Below are positions 34,613 through 37,461 of a stretch of DNA of 37,461 nt, piece by piece. Every line of letters starts with the position of its first letter. Positions within the stretch are counted from its first letter, which is position 1. Below the pieces are notes generated by a model that was not told where the DNA came from, did not search any database, and worked only from the letters and a program-made list of their open reading frames with translations. Origin of the DNA: Phoronis australis (lineage: Eukaryota > Animalia > Phoronida); the NCBI GenBank assembly GCA_002633005.1, contig NMRA01000062.1, positions 1,120,952 through 1,158,412 on the forward strand, read 5' to 3'. Made by a program: the position numbers and the translations under genes.

Positions 34613-34788
34613 TTTCATTGCCACGGACAGCACCAACCGGACTTCCGCTACTTACATAATCGCCGTAAGTCTGTCTCCTGCATGTCAAAATGACGCAATT
34701 CCGGACTTCGAACCAAGAGATCAATTGGATGTATCTGCCAGCCTCTCAGTATTCACAACAGCTTGCCAATGTTCCACTGGATGGGAAG
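34613..34788 (+). CDS. Mucin exon: end of Ig-like segment plus degenerate EGF
   Basis: ctttcag| IFIATDSTNRTS...ACQND...ACQCSTGWE |gtaaca; phase 2-1. Confidence 0.85.
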
Positions 34789-35115
34789 GTAACATTTTGA
34801 ATGTGTACATAGGTTGCACTAGTGCTAAGCACTTTGTCGGTGGGTGACGAAATTGTGGCTGTGTGTTTCATATAGAAGGAAATTTGCATTTTTCAGTCGC
34901 AACTGCTTTTCTCATCGTTTACGTTGGTCCATTCGGGCTCAAGGGTTGGTTTTACAGTGGGTAACACAAGACACTTGTCCGTTACGTTACTTCATGGTTC
35001 ACCGGTAAGACGTGGGCAATCCTGGAACCCAACCCTTTCCCGGCGCCTGCCCAACCGATCTCATTGTCTCGTTAATTTTAAATTTGACATCTTATCATCT
35101 CCGTTTCTTTCGTAG

Positions 35116-35280
35116 GTAATAACTGCAGTGAAGATACAGACGGCTGCGCTGAGTTTCCCTGTGCTGCGTCGGGGACCAACTGTACCGACATGACACCTGC
35201 CCAAGAACAAGCATTGAATGAGACGTTCAAGTGTGGCCCTTGTCCTAATGGATTCGAAAAATCTGAAGGAGACTGTATTG
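35116..35280 (+). CDS. Mucin exon: EGF-like domain
   Basis: ttcgtag| GNNCSEDTDGCAEFPC...NCTD...FKCGPCPNGF...DCI |gtaagc. Confidence 0.92.
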
Positions 35281-35601
35281 GTAAGCATACATACTCGTAC
35301 GACGTACTCACCGGGATGTCTGCTGTTTAATTGACACTTATCGCATTGGTTAAGAGTTCAATGGAAAAGCTATTAATCTTTGACGGACCGACCTAAATTT
35401 TGAAGCAGCATGAGTGCGTAACCTTGCGGTTTGTCTTCTTCTGTCTGTTAAGCATTGTTTTCGTTCGAGCAGCAGCGTTCTACCATGAAGAGCATAGGTC
35501 TATGCAATAACTTAAGCATCACGATGCTCATACTACGTTATGGTACAGACGGCCTCCAGTAAAGGGAGTGAGAGTTCTTAGTTCTATGTTACCTTTTGTA
35601 G

Positions 35602-35730
35602 ATTTGAACGAGTGTGAAAACAGCACATTGAACCAATGTCAACAGATCTGCTTGAACAAAGACAGAGGTCAAGGATACGAGTGCGCGTGCAGAGAAGGTT
35701 ATACTTTAAATGGACTTCATCTATGCGCAG
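35602..35730 (+). CDS. Mucin exon: calcium-binding EGF domain
   Basis: tttgtag| DLNECENSTLNQCQQICLN...YECACREGYTL...LCA |gtacgc. Confidence 0.93.
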
Positions 35731-36584
35731 GTACGCGTAAAGGCAATGCTCAAAGTAATGGTCAGCATGTGGGGATGGGTATATGTGAATTTGACACGTT
35801 TGTCATTATCAAATTTACATTATCCGTGGCCCTTTGGAAACAAAAAATAAAGACATACATTTAGGGACACGTTAGCACTTAAGAAAAACTCCGAAAACCA
35901 AGCAAATCATTTGACAGGGCCTGTTCTTGTTATGCTGTGCGGACCGACTTAATAGATACTGTATCATGCATGCATCGTTATCTTGCCAAAATCGAAACGC
36001 ATGAGCAGTTCCGCTAATGCGTCGACCGTAAGAACGCCGTGATCCTCAGCAAGATTGGCCTAAAGTTCGGTTTTCCTAGTCTGACAGACATATAACAACC
36101 TTCTCAAACTACTTTAGTATGTTTCAGTGCAAGTAACTATGTTTTGGTATATCTTCCCCTGATGAGGTGTTTCAGGAACGATTCAGTCTATTATCGTCAG
36201 AATCCCCGGTGTGGGAATAGTAGCGACAGCGGCAAAGTATTTGGTGCCTGCCAACATGTCCCATCGATGGTGTGGTTTGGGTCGTCGTACGATTACACGT
36301 TTGTGGCTGAGATCTAACGGTCATGTTGTGATATTCTTAGTACTTATACATATTCCAGAGGGTGGATAAAAAGAGCTGAATTTACTATAACCGTTGTTGC
36401 TATGTTCTCTTAAATCCGACTAATAACGTAAGATAGACAGAATAATTTCTTGGTTTGCAAAGATTTTGCTATTCCTTGAGACTATGCACGGTACATGACC
36501 AATGTGACACACCGTGTTACCAGTCAGACAAACAACTGCATAACTTGTTTTTTACTAGTTGAATAAGTTTTTCCCATTTTGCAG

Positions 36585-36713
36585 ACGTTGACGAATGTGA
36601 GCGAGGTGACATCTGCAGTCATATCTGCGTCAACACTGAAGGTTCTTATCGCTGTGATTGTTATCCTGGTTATCATCTCCACGACGACAACTCCACGTGC
36701 TCCTTGCAGAATG
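36585..36713 (+). CDS. Mucin exon: calcium-binding EGF domain (last exon found in the window)
   Basis: tttgcag| [43 protein letters not shown] |gtatgt. Confidence 0.93.
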
Positions 36714-37461
36714 GTATGTGAGAAATCCTTGCTGAAGTGCTGATCAAGCATGCCCTCGTATTCTGACATAGATTACTTGAGTATTACAAACTTTGGGTTA
36801 AAGGAAATTGTTGACTGAGCGCCTTCTTAATAGCATTCGGAAATGTCCTGTACTTCTGACTTTAAAAGTTCCATTAAAGGAGCAATTAGCAACATACTGG
36901 TGGACGCGTTCCGAAACTGCAAGACATTCGCGAGACACTTGCAGTGATATATTGTATCTATGGGACGGAAATAGTGTTTTAGTTGCATATTGCCTCGCCG
37001 ACCAAAAATAATTACGGTGCCGACCATTTTGCAAGTGAATGCAAGTGAATTCCCGGACTTACACACACGAAAAACTCGTCATCTAATCGCGTGATTTTGC
37101 GTGTTCTCGCGTGGTCTCGTTTTGGTATCAAAGATCTTGCACAAATGAACGCACCCCAGTCAAATGCATAATGTCAGGTAATGTCCTCTGTGGAGCTCAG
37201 TACGAAGGGTCACCTTTCAACTATCTAACGTGGACTCGTGTTCTCTCATTCAATAGGCCTTTTGCGAGTTTATAACAATAACGCGAGATTATGTGAGAAT
37301 TAACTGTGACGTCACGGGAAGTGGGGCAAAAGCTTGTTGTTTGGTCATTTGCCCAATACGGTAGCAGAGTGTATTCTGTTATTGTCTTCGAGTTTTTAGC
37401 CGTTTAGTTCGAAAAATGTCCAAAAGCATTGCTGTTATGGCAAATGAACTTCAGATTCGCA

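Larger units (their letters stand above)
8933..36713 (+). other. Multi-exon MUC4-like mucin gene (PTS repeat - 3x Sushi - EGF - NIDO - AMOP - VWD - Ig/cadherin-like - EGFs), incomplete at both ends
   Basis: 19 exons traced with AG acceptors and GT donors (one GC donor); all junctions are phase-compatible and the domain motifs are recognisable. No signal peptide, transmembrane exon or stop codon found in the window. Confidence 0.9.

Noticed and set aside
36714-37461. Possible transmembrane or terminal exon of the mucin
   Set aside because: No convincing acceptor followed by a hydrophobic or EGF frame was found; treated as intron.

Overview
Eukaryotic (animal, probably invertebrate) genomic DNA with spliceosomal introns and assembly gaps; no prokaryotic features. 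About 8.9-36.7 kb holds one large + strand gene for a MUC4-like mucin. It has a ~10.9 kb Pro/Thr/Ser tandem-repeat exon (~25 assembled copies of a 414-bp/138-aa unit). This is followed by 18 phase-compatible exons: 3x Sushi/CCP, EGF, NIDO, AMOP, VWD (with GDPH), an Ig/cadherin-like segment and 4 EGF modules. The 5' start/signal peptide was not found and the 3' end lies beyond the window. The first 8.9 kb is mostly transposon debris: a decayed APE-type LINE carrying a virus-like 2A motif (DIEVNPGP), a long-TIR MITE, and an internally deleted Kolobok-like DNA transposon (THAP transposase plus a convergent P2X7-ballast-like/KolX fragment). Introns hold nested MITEs and microsatellites. Highlights are the 2A motif, the Kolobok/KolX remnant, the four-level (36/414/1242/2484 bp) mucin repeat hierarchy, the Sushi-before-NIDO architecture and a GC-AG intron. 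All calls are by eye without database searches, and nothing here is demonstrably a wholly new system.
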